Origin: Mobula hypostoma
Taxonomy: Eukaryota
Assembly: GCF_963921235.1 (NCBI RefSeq)
Contig: NC_086112.1
Coordinates: 36,642,001 to 36,706,000 of the forward strand
DNA: 64,000 bases
Reading direction: 5' to 3'
Shown: positions 25,945 through 38,418 of the stretch, one piece after another
How positions within the stretch are numbered: position 1 is the stretch's first letter
Layout of the letters: every line of letters begins with the position of its first letter
The notes under the pieces: model-generated
The model's database searches: none
What the model saw: only the letters and a program-made list of their open reading frames with translations
What the model was told of the DNA's origin: nothing
Position numbers and translations under genes: made by a program

Positions 25945-28164
25945 ATGTCACTGTATTGGAGGGAAATTTGAATTAATTTTTATTGATTCACCTTGTGAGA
26001 TCTGTACCTTATTGATATCCGTACTTGCCCTTGAGAAGTAGAGGTAAGTTGTATTTTTGAACCACTGTCACCTAAGGATGTTCCAAAATTGAGATACGAT
26101 GAATGCATATTTTGAGTTAGGGAAATGTAATTTGGATGGAAATTACATGTAGTGGTGTTCCCATGAACTTATTTCTCTTTTCCTTTTTGGGGTTAAAAAT
26201 TACAGATTGGTACGATGTTCTTAGAAAAGGCAACATTAATAGCTGGAGTGGATTTTGCAGATGATATACACTGCAGCTTATGTATGCCAGTAATGGAGGG
26301 AATGTTTAGGGCACTTGTTATTAAAGTGGGCTACTTTGTCCTGGACAGTATCAATCCCGATGACAGTTGTGGAGCTGCAGGTTCCAGGCAAGTGGATTTA
26401 TGCCCTGTTAACAGTGGAAAAGTTTCTGGGTATCATGAGATGAATCACTCAGCACAAGATATCCAGTTTCTGAGTTGCTCATGCAGTTATGGTATTTATT
26501 TGGCTTGTCAAGCTGAGTTTCTGATCAATGTCAATGGTAGTGCACTCAGAGTACAACTCAACAGCAAGTTTTAGTATGCTCCCTTGTTGGAGATCAACAT
26601 TGCCTGGCATTTTCGTGGGATCAGAAAATTTTGAACAGGCGCTTCAGTAGGATTGTAGGATGTAGTCAGCACCAGATTTGTGGTTACATTAGTGCAAAAA
26701 AATTACAGGAGAAGGAAGAAGTGGTTGAGGTAGATACAGCAACAACATATAAAGTACATTTGGACATCTCCATGGAGGGATACGGACCATCTATAGCAAA
26801 AGAAAATAGCTTAGATGGACATTTTGGTGGGCATGGACAAATTGCGGTGAAGAGTCTGTTTCCAGGCTATATTACTCTACGGCTCAAAATATAATAGAAT
26901 TTATACAAATTCTCTCTAAAGATAAAGCTTAATAGGTGTTGCTTAACTGGTGAAATTACATGAAATTCCTAGATCAAGATTGAAGAAAGAAACCTCACAT
27001 TAATCTATTCTACCAAGTCCTAATAAGCTAGGAATTGAACACCCATGTTGATACAATATCATTTGGTGTACAAGTCTAAAAAATGATAAAAGCTAGAGAA
27101 TTACCATGATTAAATCTGACACAATAACAAGATAAAACAATATTTGAGAGATGTCAAGACAGGAATTAAACTTCTGGAGATATAAAGTAAGTCAGTGTAG
27201 GCAAGATCATCAATTATTACGTTATTTCTAAACTTTGGTTATCCACATTCCAATGCAGTCCATGAATTTTCATTTGACTTTTTTCTGGTGAAGTTAGCTC
27301 CATGCTGAAAGCCCTTCTTCTCTGGAGTTGTCAGCTGTCTTTAAGAGACAACCATTACAGATAATTATCCACATTCAATGAATAACAGAAAAGCAGATAT
27401 GATACTCAAAAACAGTAAATTAGCATTATATCAAAATGAAATATAGCTGAAGGCAAGATAGATACACAGGTGGACACTTTTATTCAGTGCAATGAGAATA
27501 AAAAAATACTGTATACATGGAATATCACTTGTTGACAAAATTGATGGAAATATCAACCTGGAAGTGATATCCAAGAAACTTTAAAACAAAACTAATAGTA
27601 TGATGCATACATAGCACTTGAGCGTTTTAAGTCTGTGTGGGTATAAAAGAATACCACACTTCAAAATGAAAACAGGATTGACAATGGTGAATCAATTTCC
27701 TCAATTCAGGGAAGAATAAATTGCTATGGTGCAAAGATGTATATAGTGTTTCTTTTAAATAATTATCTGATGAGTGCACTGCCTAAATTACCTACATTGT
27801 GAAGCTGAAGTTGTCCTAATTTCAGTCCATGGAGAACTCTGTATACTTCCCTCTAGTGGATGAAAGAAATGTTCACAATTAGTCTGTTTTCCACTTTGCC
27901 AAATTTGCATCAAATTAGAAATGCCCTCTTGTTGCCATGGAATTTAATTCTGGGAACCTCTATTATGTGGCATTGAGTCATGGAGTTTCACAGCTCAGAA
28001 ACTGACTCTTTGGCCCACATGTCCATGCTAAACTCTTTACTTATCTATACTCGTCTTATTTGCCAGCACTGGATTTATATCCTTCTATGCCTTGCCCATT
28101 CAAATGTCTCTCTAAGTGTCCCTTCAACTGTGATTTATCTGATTCCACTATCTCTTTTGGCACG

Positions 28165-28672
28165 TAAACACGAGGAATTCTGCAGATGCTGGAAATTCAA
28201 GCAACACACATCAAATTTGCTGGTGAATGCAGCAGGCCAGGCAGCATCTCTAGGAAGAGGTACAGTCGAAGCTTCGGGCCGAGACCCTTCGTCAGGACTA
28301 ACTGAAGGAAGAGCTAGTAAGAGATTTGTAAGTGGGAGGGGGAGGGGAGATCCGAAATGATAGGAGAAGACAGGAAGGGGAAGGATGGAACCAAGAGCTG
28401 GACAGCTGGTTGGCAAAAGGGATATGAGAGGATCATGGGACAGGAGGCCCAGGGAGAAGGAAAAGGGGGGGGGAACCCAGAGGATGGGCAAGGGGTATAG
28501 TGAGAGGGACAGAGGGAGAAACAGGAGAGAGAGAGAGAAAGAATGTGTGTATATAAATAAATAACGGATGGGGTACAAGGGGGAGGTGGGGCATTAGCAG
28601 AAGTTAGAGAAGCAAATGTTCATGCCATCAGGTTGGAGGCTACCCAGACGGAATATAAGGTGTTGTTCCTTT
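28165..28672 (-). mobile_element. Penelope-like 3' fragment with degenerate hammerhead motif (about 28263-28300)
   Basis: KEQHLIFRLGSLQPDGMNICFSNFC* followed by a pyrimidine-rich UTR and tAGTC CTGACGA AGGG tctcgg CCC GAAG CTTC GACTG. Confidence 0.85.
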
Positions 28673-28678
28673 TTTTCC

Positions 28679-29260
28679 GCTGGTACCTTAGCTCTCCTCA
28701 GGTCTACCACCAGCGCCTTAGTCTTTTTCACATTAAGCTGCAGATAATTCTGCTCACACCATGTGACAAAGTTTCCTACCGTAGCCCTGTACTCAACCTC
28801 ATCTCCCTTGCTGATGCATCCAACTATGGCAGAGTCATCCGAAAACTTCTGAAGATGACAAGACTCTGTGCAGTAGTTGAAGTCCGATGTGTAAATGGTG
28901 AAAAGAAAGGGAGACAAGACAGTCCCCTGTGGAGCCCTACTGCTGCTGATCACTCTGTTGGACAAACAATGTTGCAAGCACACATACTGTGGTCTGCCAG
29001 TCAGGTAATCAAGAATCCATGACACCAGGGAAGCATCCACCTGCATCGCTGTCAGCTTCTCCCCCAGCAGAGCAGGGCGGATGGTGTTGAACGCACTGGA
29101 GAAGTCAAAAAACATGACCCTCACAGTGCTCGCTGGCTTGTCCAGGTGGGCGTAGACACGGTTCAGCAGGTAGACGATGGCATCCTAAACTCCTAGTCGG
29201 GGCTGGTAGGCGAACTGGAGGGGATGTAAGTGTGGCCTGACCATAGGCCGGAGCAGCTCC
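28679..29260 (-). mobile_element. Rex1/Babar-type LINE RT fragment
   Basis: RVMFFDFSSAFNTI...WILDYLTGRPQYV...PQGTVLSPFLFTIYT...KFSDD...LQLNVKKTK. Confidence 0.8.
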
Positions 29261-30952
29261 AGAATTAAGGACATGAACTTCAAAATCCCTCCGTTTACTA
29301 TACATTTTCTACCCCTATTTTACCTTGTACCTGTTGGGATTAAGTTTCATCAAATAACACTACAACATTTCTATTTTATATATATCCTCCTATAGCATTA
29401 GACAACCTTCCTTGCTATCTACACCACCACCAATTTTCATATCATTCACAAATTTACTAACATTACCTCATACATTCGTATCCAACATGTCAGTATACAT
29501 CACAATCAACACAGGTTCCAGAACAGATCTTTGTGGTATGCCAGTGGTTACAGAATTTCAATTAGAAAAGCATTCTTTCAACATCAACCTCCTCATCCAA
29601 TCTCCAAGCCAATCTTGGAACTAATTAGCCAGCTTGTCTTGGGATAAGCTTACCCTACAGTCTATATGGACTTCAGTACGTCAAATGTTTTCTAAAGTCC
29701 ATGTAGACAATACCTACCATCCTACCTACATCAAACTTATTAGTTATCTCCACAAAAAAAAATCTCGAATTAGTGAGACAGGATTTTCCTGACATAAAGC
29801 AACGCTAAGTATATCTAACATTGTTTCCAAATGTACTTAAATCTGATCCCTTAAAACTTTCTCCAATAATTTCCCTACCACTTCATCAGTCTGTGGTTAC
29901 CTGACTAATTTTAATTACCTTCTTAAATAAAGGACCAACATTAGCATTCTTCCAGTCTTCTGGTACCTCATTGTGTTTAACACAGGTGCAAAGATATCAA
30001 TCAGGACTCTAGCCATCTCCTTCCTTGCTTCCCATAGCATCCAAGGATAGATCTCATCCAACCCAAGGGTTATCAACTATTATGTGCTCCATGGCATGTA
30101 ATGCTTTTCCTTCCTTGTACTTACATGTGCCAGACCCTCAACAATCCTCTTCCTGAATTCAATACCTTTCATGTCCTTCTCAATGAATACAGATGAAAAG
30201 TATTCATTTAGGATCTTGCCCACTCTTTCTCTGGTTCCCTTCTTGCTCCCCTCTGCCATTAGGCAGAAGATACCAAAGTCTGAAAGCACACATACCACCA
30301 GGCTCAAGGACAGCTTCAATCCCATTGTTATCAGACACTTGAACTGATCTCTTCTATGATAAAATGGAATCTTGACCTCACAATCTACTTTGTTATCATC
30401 TTGCACTTTATTTTTTATATCTTCACTATACTTTTGCTGTAGCTTTTACATTTTATTCTGCATTGTTATTACCTTGTTCTACTTCACTGCACTGTCTAAT
30501 GATTTGATCTGTATGAACAGTATGCAAGCAAAGCTTTTCAGGGTATCTTGGTACATGTGACAAGAATAAACCAATAACAGTACCATTACATCTTGGGACT
30601 TCCCTTAATATTACCTGGCAAGGATATTTCATGGCCCTTATTTTATCCTCCTAATTCCTTCCTTAAATTTTCTTCTATACCTTCTGCTGTTAAATAAGTA
30701 ATTACAAAAACACATTTTGCAAGATATATGTAGTAATCCCAATAAATATACAGTGGCTTCCAGTTAATTGGGCAGACTCTTACTTGGGACAACAGTTAAA
30801 GAACAAAAACTAATCGAGAAAATTGGCAGGATTCTCTTCATGACACCATTGGGGCAGGAGAATTTTGCTGAAGAAGTTCTCACTAGCAAGGCATGCATAC
30901 TTGTGTGGCCATTACACAGTACACTGTGCTTAGAGTGAACAGTTTTAAATAC

Positions 30953-32618
30953 CAAAAAAGAGAAAAGCTGCAGATGCTGGAAATCCAAGGAACACACACA
31001 AAATGCTGGAGGAGCTCAGCAGCCAGGCAGCATCTATGAAAAAGAATATAGTCGACTCTTCAGGTGGGTCTTTTCTCTTTGGTGGTTGAGGTAGTGCGAC
31101 GCAAAATCAGGACTGGGGTAAAAAGATGAGGAGTCAGAGTTAGAAGGTGGGTGGAGGGGAGGGAGAAACACAAGGTGATAGGTGAAATTGGGGGGGTGGC
31201 GGGGGAAAGGGTAAAGAGCTGGGAAGTTGATTGGTGAAAGAGATCCAGGGCCGGAGAAAAGGGAATCTGATGGGAGAGGACATAAGGCCAAGGAAGAAAG
31301 AAAAGGGGGGAAGAGCACCAGAAAGAGGTGATGGGCGGCCAAGGAGATAAGGTGATAAGGTCTGGGTGGGGGGTGTTGAGGATTATCGCAAGTTTGAAAA
31401 ATCGATGTTCATGCCATCAGGTTGGAAGCTACCCAAACAGAATGTAAGGTGTTGCTCGTCCAACCTGAGTGTGGCCTCATCGTGATAGTAAAGGAAGCCA
31501 TGGACTGATATGTCGGAATTGGAATGGAAAGTGGAATTAAAATGAGTGGCCACTGGGAGATCTATCTGGCGGACATACATAGGTGCTCAGCAAAGTGGTC
31601 TCCCAATCTATGTCGGGTCTCACTGATATAGTGGGAGACACACTGGGAGCACCGGATACTGTAGATGACCCTAACAGACTTACAGGTGAAGTGTTGCCTC
31701 ACCTGGAAGGATGGTTTGGAGGTCTGAATGGTAGTGAGGAAGGACGTGTAGGTGCAGGTGTAGCACTTTTCTCCTTGCAAGGATAACTGCTAGGAGGAAG
31801 ATCATTGGGGAGGGACAAATGGACAAAGGAGTCACATAGCAAAAAGTGGAGGGAGAGGGAAAGGTGTGTTTGATGGTGGGATCCCATTGGAGATGGCAAA
31901 ATTACGGAGAATTATGTGCTGGATACAGAGGCTGGTGGGGTGGTAGGTGAGGTCAAGTCGAACCCTATCCCTGGTGGGGTGGCAAGAAGATGGGGTAAGG
32001 GTAAACATGCATGAAATGGAAGAGATGTGGTTGAGGGTAGCATTGATGGTGGAGGAAGGGAAGGCCCTTTTTTTTTTTGAAGAAGGAGGACATCTTCTTC
32101 ATCCTGGAATTAAAAGCCTCACCCTGAGAGCAGATGCAGTGGAAATAGAGGAATTGAGAGAAGGGGATGACCTTTTTACAAGTAACAGTGTAGGAAGAGG
32201 TATAATCGAGGGTAGCTGCAAGAGTCAATGGGTTTATAATACACATCAGTAGATAAACTGCTTCCAAAGATAGAGATAGAAAGATCAAGAAAGGGGAGGG
32301 AGGTGTTGGAAATGGACCAGGTAAATCTGAGGGCAGGGAAGCAGAACCAATGCAGTCGTCGCTGTAGCATAGGAAAAGTGGGGGAGAGGCATCTGTGTAG
32401 TCTTGGAACATAGACTGTTCCATGTAGCCCCAAAGAACATAGGCATAGCTGAGACCTATGTGAGTACCCATGACTATACCTCTTGTTCGGAGGAAGTGGG
32501 CAGAGCCAAAAGAAAAATTATTGAGAGTGAGGACAAGTTCCGCCAGACAGAGGAGAGTGGTGGTGGAGGGAAACTGGTTGGGTCTGGTGTGGAGAAAGAA
32601 ATGGAGAGCATTGAGGCC
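30953..32618 (-). mobile_element. Penelope-like retroelement, 5'-truncated and decayed (RT + GIY-YIG + 3' repeat)
   Basis: RT motifs LAELVLTLNNFSF...GIVMGT...YSDD; GIY-YIG region CYTC...FTCKSVRVIYSIRCSQCVSHYISETRHRLGDHFAEH...EQHLTFCLGSFQPDGMNIDFSN. 9-bp TSD tttaaatac (30944-30952 / 32619-32627). Confidence 0.88.
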
Positions 32619-33032
32619 TTTAAATACTATCAGTTGTGTGTGTTTGCATTCAAAAAGCAATGATTTTTGCCACTGATCGTTGGCAAGAAATAAGCAGTAA
32701 GACAATTCTAAACTGTTTTGCTTACTGTACTTTCAAGCACTTAGGCTTGGGGATGCCAGAAACAGCCGGGAGTGCAAACAAAACGATGTCACTACTTCAA
32801 TAAGTTAGGAACTACAAAGAATTTGAAGGTATCGACAATCATCTTGAATGTTACAATGAGAATGACGATTTGGAGGATAGCATTGTCTGCACTAATGTTT
32901 GCTCTTATTTTGTTCATTGAGTACACTGGATGAATTCCTCCATTGATAACTATTAGGAACTAATACATAGTATTATATTTCTCTAGTGCTTTCTAGTGTT
33001 CTAATTTGACCTGTATTTCATTTAAATACATA

Positions 33033-33841
33033 CAGTCGGCCCTTCTTATCCACGGGGGATTGGTTCCAGGACTCCGCCCCCCGCAGATACCAAAAAACGC
33101 GGATGCTCAAGTCCCTTATTTAACCTGTCTCAGTGCAGGTAGACCTTAGGACCCAGCAGACCTCTGGACCTTATTTAACCTGTCTCAGTGCGGTGGATTT
33201 TAGGACCTGGCGGAGCTCTGAATCTGCAGTGTTTCTGTTCACGAAAATAATCATGATCACGATTGAAAATAAAGTGGAAATAATAAAGCGATCGGAAAGA
33301 GGTGAAACGCCATCAGTCATTGGAAAAGCGTTAGGCTACAGTCGGTCAATGATCAGAACAATTTTAAAGGATAAAGTGAGAAAGACCCTGCCCTGATGAA
33401 AGCTACAATTATTATTAAGCAACGCAGTGGTTTAATTATTAAAATACATACATTTCTTAAGTGTTCTATATGCATAGAAAGGTAAAATATATACTATATG
33501 CTAAGACAAACGTTTCACTAACTGAGACTAAATAATACTGGATGTACCTGTTCCGACTAATTTAGTAAGAGAACCTCTGTTTTTTTTTATCNNNNNNNNN
33601 NNNNNNNNNNNNNNNNNNNNNNNNNNNNNNNNNNNNNNNNNNNNNNNNNNNNNNNNNNNNNNNNNNNNNNNNNNNNNNNNNNNNNNNNNNNNNNNNNNNN
33701 NNNNNNNNNNNNNNNNNNNNNNNNNNNNNNNNNNNNNNNNNNNNNNNNNNNNNNNGCTGGAAAGAGAACTTCCGGGTTTTCCCGAATCTGTGGTTGGTTG
33801 AATCCGTGCATGCGGAACCCGCAAATAAGGAAGGCCAACTG
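33033..33841 (+). mobile_element. Tigger/pogo-like element with CENP-B-type N-terminal HTH remnant
   Basis: TA-cagtcggcc...ggccaactg-TA; ITIENKVEIIKRSERGETPSVIGKALGYSRSMIRTILKDK. Spans an assembly gap. Confidence 0.8.
33592..33755. other. Assembly gap
   Basis: Run of N. Confidence 1.
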
Positions 33842-34030
33842 TAATTTGTTCCACAGTTTGTCTTTTTCTTCCATTTTTTACTGATTCTATATAATTTCGG
33901 CTAACTGGAGCTTAATTGGGTCAAAATGTACTGGTCTCAATGTGTCCAAATTAACTGGAATTCACTGTATTTGAATAGATTTTTAATATTTAATTCAAAT
34001 CAAACAAAAACACATAATATTCCTAATCTA

Positions 34031-34240
34031 TAACATGAGAAAATCTGCAGATACTGGAAATTCAAGCAACACATGCAAAATGCTGATAGAACACAGCAGG
34101 CCAGGCAGTATCTATAGGAAGAGGTACAATCGACGTTTCGGGTCCTGATGAAGGGTCTCGGCCCAAAATGTCGACTGTAACCTCCCCCTATAGATGCTGC
34201 TTGGCCTGCTGTGTTCTACCAGCATTTTGTGTGCGTTGTG
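34031..34240. mobile_element. Penelope-derived fold-back insertion
   Basis: Imperfect inverted arms around CTGATGA-AGGG...CCC-AAAA-TGTC-GACT. 13-bp TSD tattcctaatcta (34018-34030 / 34241-34253). Confidence 0.85.
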
Positions 34241-34342
34241 TATTCCTAATCTACGCCTCTTTTAAACTGAATATTATTGATCTGAGAGTTACGTGTTAAA
34301 TTTTCAGAAAAAGAAACATGAACCACAAGATAGAAGACAGAC

Positions 34343-34426
34343 CTTGGAGCTTTTGAATTTCCTTTAAAAGATCATCATACACTTGGGTAAACAGGTCCTC
34401 TGGGGATTTTGTTCCATCCAAATAAA
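34343..34426 (-). CDS. NMRK1: NMRK1 exon (penultimate)
   Basis: YLDGTKSPEDLFTQVYDDLLKEIQKLQ+G, 84 nt, ttcttcag acceptor, gtctgt donor. Confidence 0.88.
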
Positions 34427-34808
34427 CTGAAGAAAAATAAAAAATACATGCATTTGGATCATTTGATGCTGCAGGTAATTTCCTGGCCATACCCTATAAT
34501 ATTTCAAGATTTCTTCAAGACTCCAATTAAAAACTTAAAAGAAAATTTTAACTGCCAGAGAAGAATTTGAAAATGGCAGGCATCAAAATACTAACTATCT
34601 GAATATCATTATATTGTCATTATTCTTCTTGTTATATTAAAATAAATCTACAGACAGAATTAGGAGGGTAAAACTAGTAATCATTATGCTCAAGGTTATA
34701 TATTTAGATTTATGTGAATTTTTCTGCACATCCATTTCATTCTTTCAAAATAATAAAGAAAAACTGCAGGTCATGCAAGTCTTAAGTAATTGATTCTTAA
34801 ATGATTAC

Positions 34809-34915
34809 TTATGTTGGGCACTCTCTCTTCCATTTCTTTTCTGTTTTTGAGGTACATTGGCCACACATGTCCATCAAAATTTCCAGGTGGGTCAGGGGGT
34901 TCGTAGATTCTTAAA
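34809..34915 (-). CDS. NMRK1: NMRK1 exon
   Basis: LRIYEPPDPPGNFDGHVWPMYLKNRKEMEERVPNI, 107 nt, AG/GT boundaries, FDGHVWPMY signature. Confidence 0.95.
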
Positions 34916-34994
34916 CTAGGGAAAGGAAATTCAGCTTACAGTTTTATATAATTTGAAAATAATAATGCTCATAATATTTTAAATCACTAATTAC

Positions 34995-35066
34995 CATCTT
35001 CGTCTCTTGCACTCCTCATATGGAATGGAGAGATAATAGCGTTGATTAAAAACATCATTCAGTGGC
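34995..35066 (-). CDS. NMRK1: NMRK1 exon
   Basis: [23 protein letters not shown], 72 nt, AG/GT boundaries. Confidence 0.93.
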
Positions 35067-35500
35067 CTAAAAACATATGAAAAACAATGTTATGAATTCA
35101 AGCAGTGTTATGAATTCAATCAAATGCACCAACACAGTCAAATTGTAATTAAACCACAAATGAAGACGGATTCCATTAAAATTAGATTAGGACAATTTTA
35201 GACTTTGCAAATGTTTTCTTCATGTATTGGCAGAAGACTGTTATGAGCTGATTATCATCCTCTAAGCCTTTAATTACTTCTGTTTCTCAGGAGCAATGCA
35301 AATAAAACCAGGTCATCACACTACTGTGACACAATGAACTCAAACTCCCTTGGGCCACCCAGAGCCTGTTAATAAATAAAATACTTTCTTTACAACATAG
35401 TTAATTTATAGTTTCTACACAATAGTTTAGTGGAACTATAATAAAACACTTTAATACAATTAATAAACGTCTGAATCCTTGAAAAATATAAGAAACATAC

Positions 35501-35648
35501 TTATAATTATAAATAAGGAACCCTTCTATTATTAGGACACCAAGTCCCCTGCATTCTGGCACTGCTTGATCCTCACGTATGGCAGCCATGTTATTCATCC
35601 AGGCATATACTGCAATCATCATTGCTTCCATATCCAGAGCTGTGAGGA
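35501..35648 (-). CDS. NMRK1: NMRK1 exon
   Basis: VLTALDMEAMMIAVYAWM...VLIIEGFLIYNYK, 148 nt, AG/GT boundaries, conserved IIEGFL. Confidence 0.93.
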
Positions 35649-36253
35649 CTAAAAAGGAAAGAAATGGATGCCTTTTAATTGGTGTAAACAACATTGTTTA
35701 TGGAGCAACCGTCTTCCTTTTTCTGTTATATTGCACACGACAGAACTCTGTTTATTTCACAGAGAATGTCAGTGATATTAATTTCAAGATTATATCACTT
35801 GATCCAAAATGTAAATGATCAGAAGAATTCAGATTGTAATGAGTAAAAGTAATGGTTTCATTTTGGTGGAAAACTTCAACTTCATGGGGGAGCTGTTGAA
35901 GCGTGCAATTCTGGTGGTGGGTAGACCTTGATGGTGAAATCAGAGGGAATTTGAGAGATTAAAAATGAGAGGTAAAAACCCTTCTCTTGATGTTTAATTG
36001 GGGTTACAGGAGTGAAAGAAAGTAAACTTTCCAAAGTTATGACATTTTCTTTTACATCTGCCAAAACAATATTAGAGAATCTATTAACATTCATTAAATG
36101 TTCCTTTAAGTGTCTTATATAAAGTTGAAGTATGGGAGGAGAAATGTAATGATAAATTTAAAGAGGCTGCTTTATTCCAAAGTAAATCTGTGATCACCCT
36201 CCTGTGATTGTTGTTATCACAAAAGAATTTACTTGAAATTTAACAAATCTTAC

Positions 36254-36302
36254 CATCATACTGCTGAAAGCCATCTTCTCCAACCTCCACATCAGCCGAA
36301 TC
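36254..36302 (-). CDS. NMRK1: NMRK1 exon
   Basis: DSADVEVGEDGFQQYD+G (human PESEIETDKNGFLQYD), 49 nt, AG/GT boundaries. Confidence 0.9.
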
Positions 36303-36674
36303 CTGAAAAATAACAAACATAAAGCCATAAATAGCTATTACTCCAAAATACAATTTCTGGTCTACAGTGCAAAAGACTCGTCTCTATTCGGTGTGTATAA
36401 GATTTGAGGTTGCAGAAAATTTAGACTCGAAGCAATGTTGCTGCCATGTTTCGTAGAAGATTAGTTTGGAAATGTTAAATATCTTGGGGAACTGTATGAA
36501 TATCATTGCAAGGTGAAAGCCTTTATTTAAAAAAGGCAAAATGTTAAGAAACCTAATGAGAAAATTATGTGTCAAGTGGAAACCATTATCAATTTCACAT
36601 GGAAACATACTTAATTGCAATGCTTAAGGCAAAAATTTCAGTCTTTCAGAAAGCAAAATATATATAATAAAATA

Positions 36675-37522
36675 GAATATAGAACATTACAGCACAGTAT
36701 AAGCCCTTTTGCCCAGAATATTTAACCAAATTTTCAACCTACTCTAAGATCAATTTAACCCTACCCTCTTGTAGCTCTCCATTTATCTTTCATCTATGTT
36801 CTTATGTAAGAGTCTCGTAAATACCCCTAATATTCGCCTCTATACCTGGCAGCACATTTCACACATCCACCATTTTATGTAAAAAACCTACTCTGACATG
36901 ACTCCATTACTTTCTTCCAATCACCTTAAAATTTTGTCCTCCCTTATTAGAAATTTCCACCCTGAAAAAAGGTGTGGCTGTCCGATCTATCCATGCCTCT
37001 TAACATCTTATACACCCCATCACCTTCTCGCCCTCCATTGCTTTCAAAGAGATCAGCCCTAAACTCGGCTCAACCTCTCCTCATAAAATATGCTCACTAA
37101 TCCAGACAGCGTCCTCGTAAATCTCCTCTGCACTCTCTCCAAAGCCTCCACATTCTTCCTATAACGAGGGGATCAGAATTGAACACAATACCGCGTGTGG
37201 TCAAACTACGGTTTTATAGAGCTGCAATATTACCTAGTGACTCAAACGCAATCCCCCAACTAATGGAGGCCAATGTACCATATGCCTTGTTAACCACCCT
37301 ATCAACTTGCATGGTAACTTTGAGGAATCTATGGATGTGGACCTCGAGATCCTACTGTTCTTCCAAACTGCGAAGAATCCTACCATTAATCCTGTACTCC
37401 GCTTTCAAGTTCGACCTTCCAAAGAGTATCATTTCACAGTTTTCTGGATTAAACTCCATCTGGTACTTCTCAGCTCCGCTCTGCATCCTACCCATGTCCT
37501 ATTGTAACCAACGACAACCCTC
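36675..37522 (-). mobile_element. CR1 LINE 3' fragment
   Basis: Reverse complement of the CR1 RT C-terminus and 3' UTR, similar to 23000-23824. Confidence 0.7.
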
Positions 37523-38287
37523 TACATACAAAATTGAAAAGAATTCAGAAGATGAAAATGAATTTAGAATGATTTATAGATGAACATGGACAATAAACAA
37601 ATTTTCTTAAATTGTTTTTGTACTAACCATTCCTGCACATTAATTTTAAAATTTAGCCATAATCTTTTCTCTCATTGTATTAGCTGTCCAAGAAACCTTT
37701 GATGTGCCTGGGCTCTGATTCAACGTCTAGAATGGTTCCAGTTTCTTCCACACATTGGTAAAAATCTGTCCATACTTATCAATACTATTGACAAAGGACT
37801 GCAAACCAAAAATATTGACTATTTCTCTTTCCAAGAATGCTGCCTGACCTGCTGAGTATTTTTCAGCATCTTCTCAGATTTTAAGTACCATTACAGTTCA
37901 TGGTTTTCTTTTCAATACAGAATTTTCCTGGATTTTACTTGCAATTTCAATCAGTTACTGGGAAGTTTTCATGAACTGCTTTTAAATCGTTGATTACATT
38001 TTATGCTAGCATCAGACTTCTCATACAGAAGCCAAGGAGAAACCATTTCAAGTGTAAGACTGATGGTTTGTCTTACCCATTACCTCACCACATGTCCTCT
38101 CACTGCACCTCCACTATAATTTGATTCATGACATGCTGATTTAAATTTATAATAGTTAATTCACTTGCAAAGCTTATCTTGCGTTTACTGAAATATAAAC
38201 ATCTCTCAGAAGATGATATAGAGAACACATAGCATTACAGTGCAATCTCCGAACATAGAACAGTACAGAACAGAGAAAGACTCTGAT

Positions 38288-38418
38288 NNNNNNNNNNNNN
38301 NNNNNNNNNNNNNNNNNNNNNNNNNNNNNNNNNNNNNNNNNNNNNNNNNNNNNNNNNNNNNNNNNNNNNNNNNNNNNNNNNNNNNNNNNNNNNNNNNNNN
38401 NNNNNNNNNNNNNNNNNN
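38288..38418. other. Assembly gap
   Basis: Run of N. Confidence 1.

Larger units (their letters stand above)
30751..33967. mobile_element. Tigger/pogo-like non-autonomous transposon hosting two nested insertions
   Basis: TIRs cagtggcttccagttaatt / aattaactggaattcactg flanked by TA. Confidence 0.7.

Noticed and set aside
33528-33874. ORFs containing long X runs (also near 38174-38474)
   Set aside because: They are artefacts of assembly gaps.
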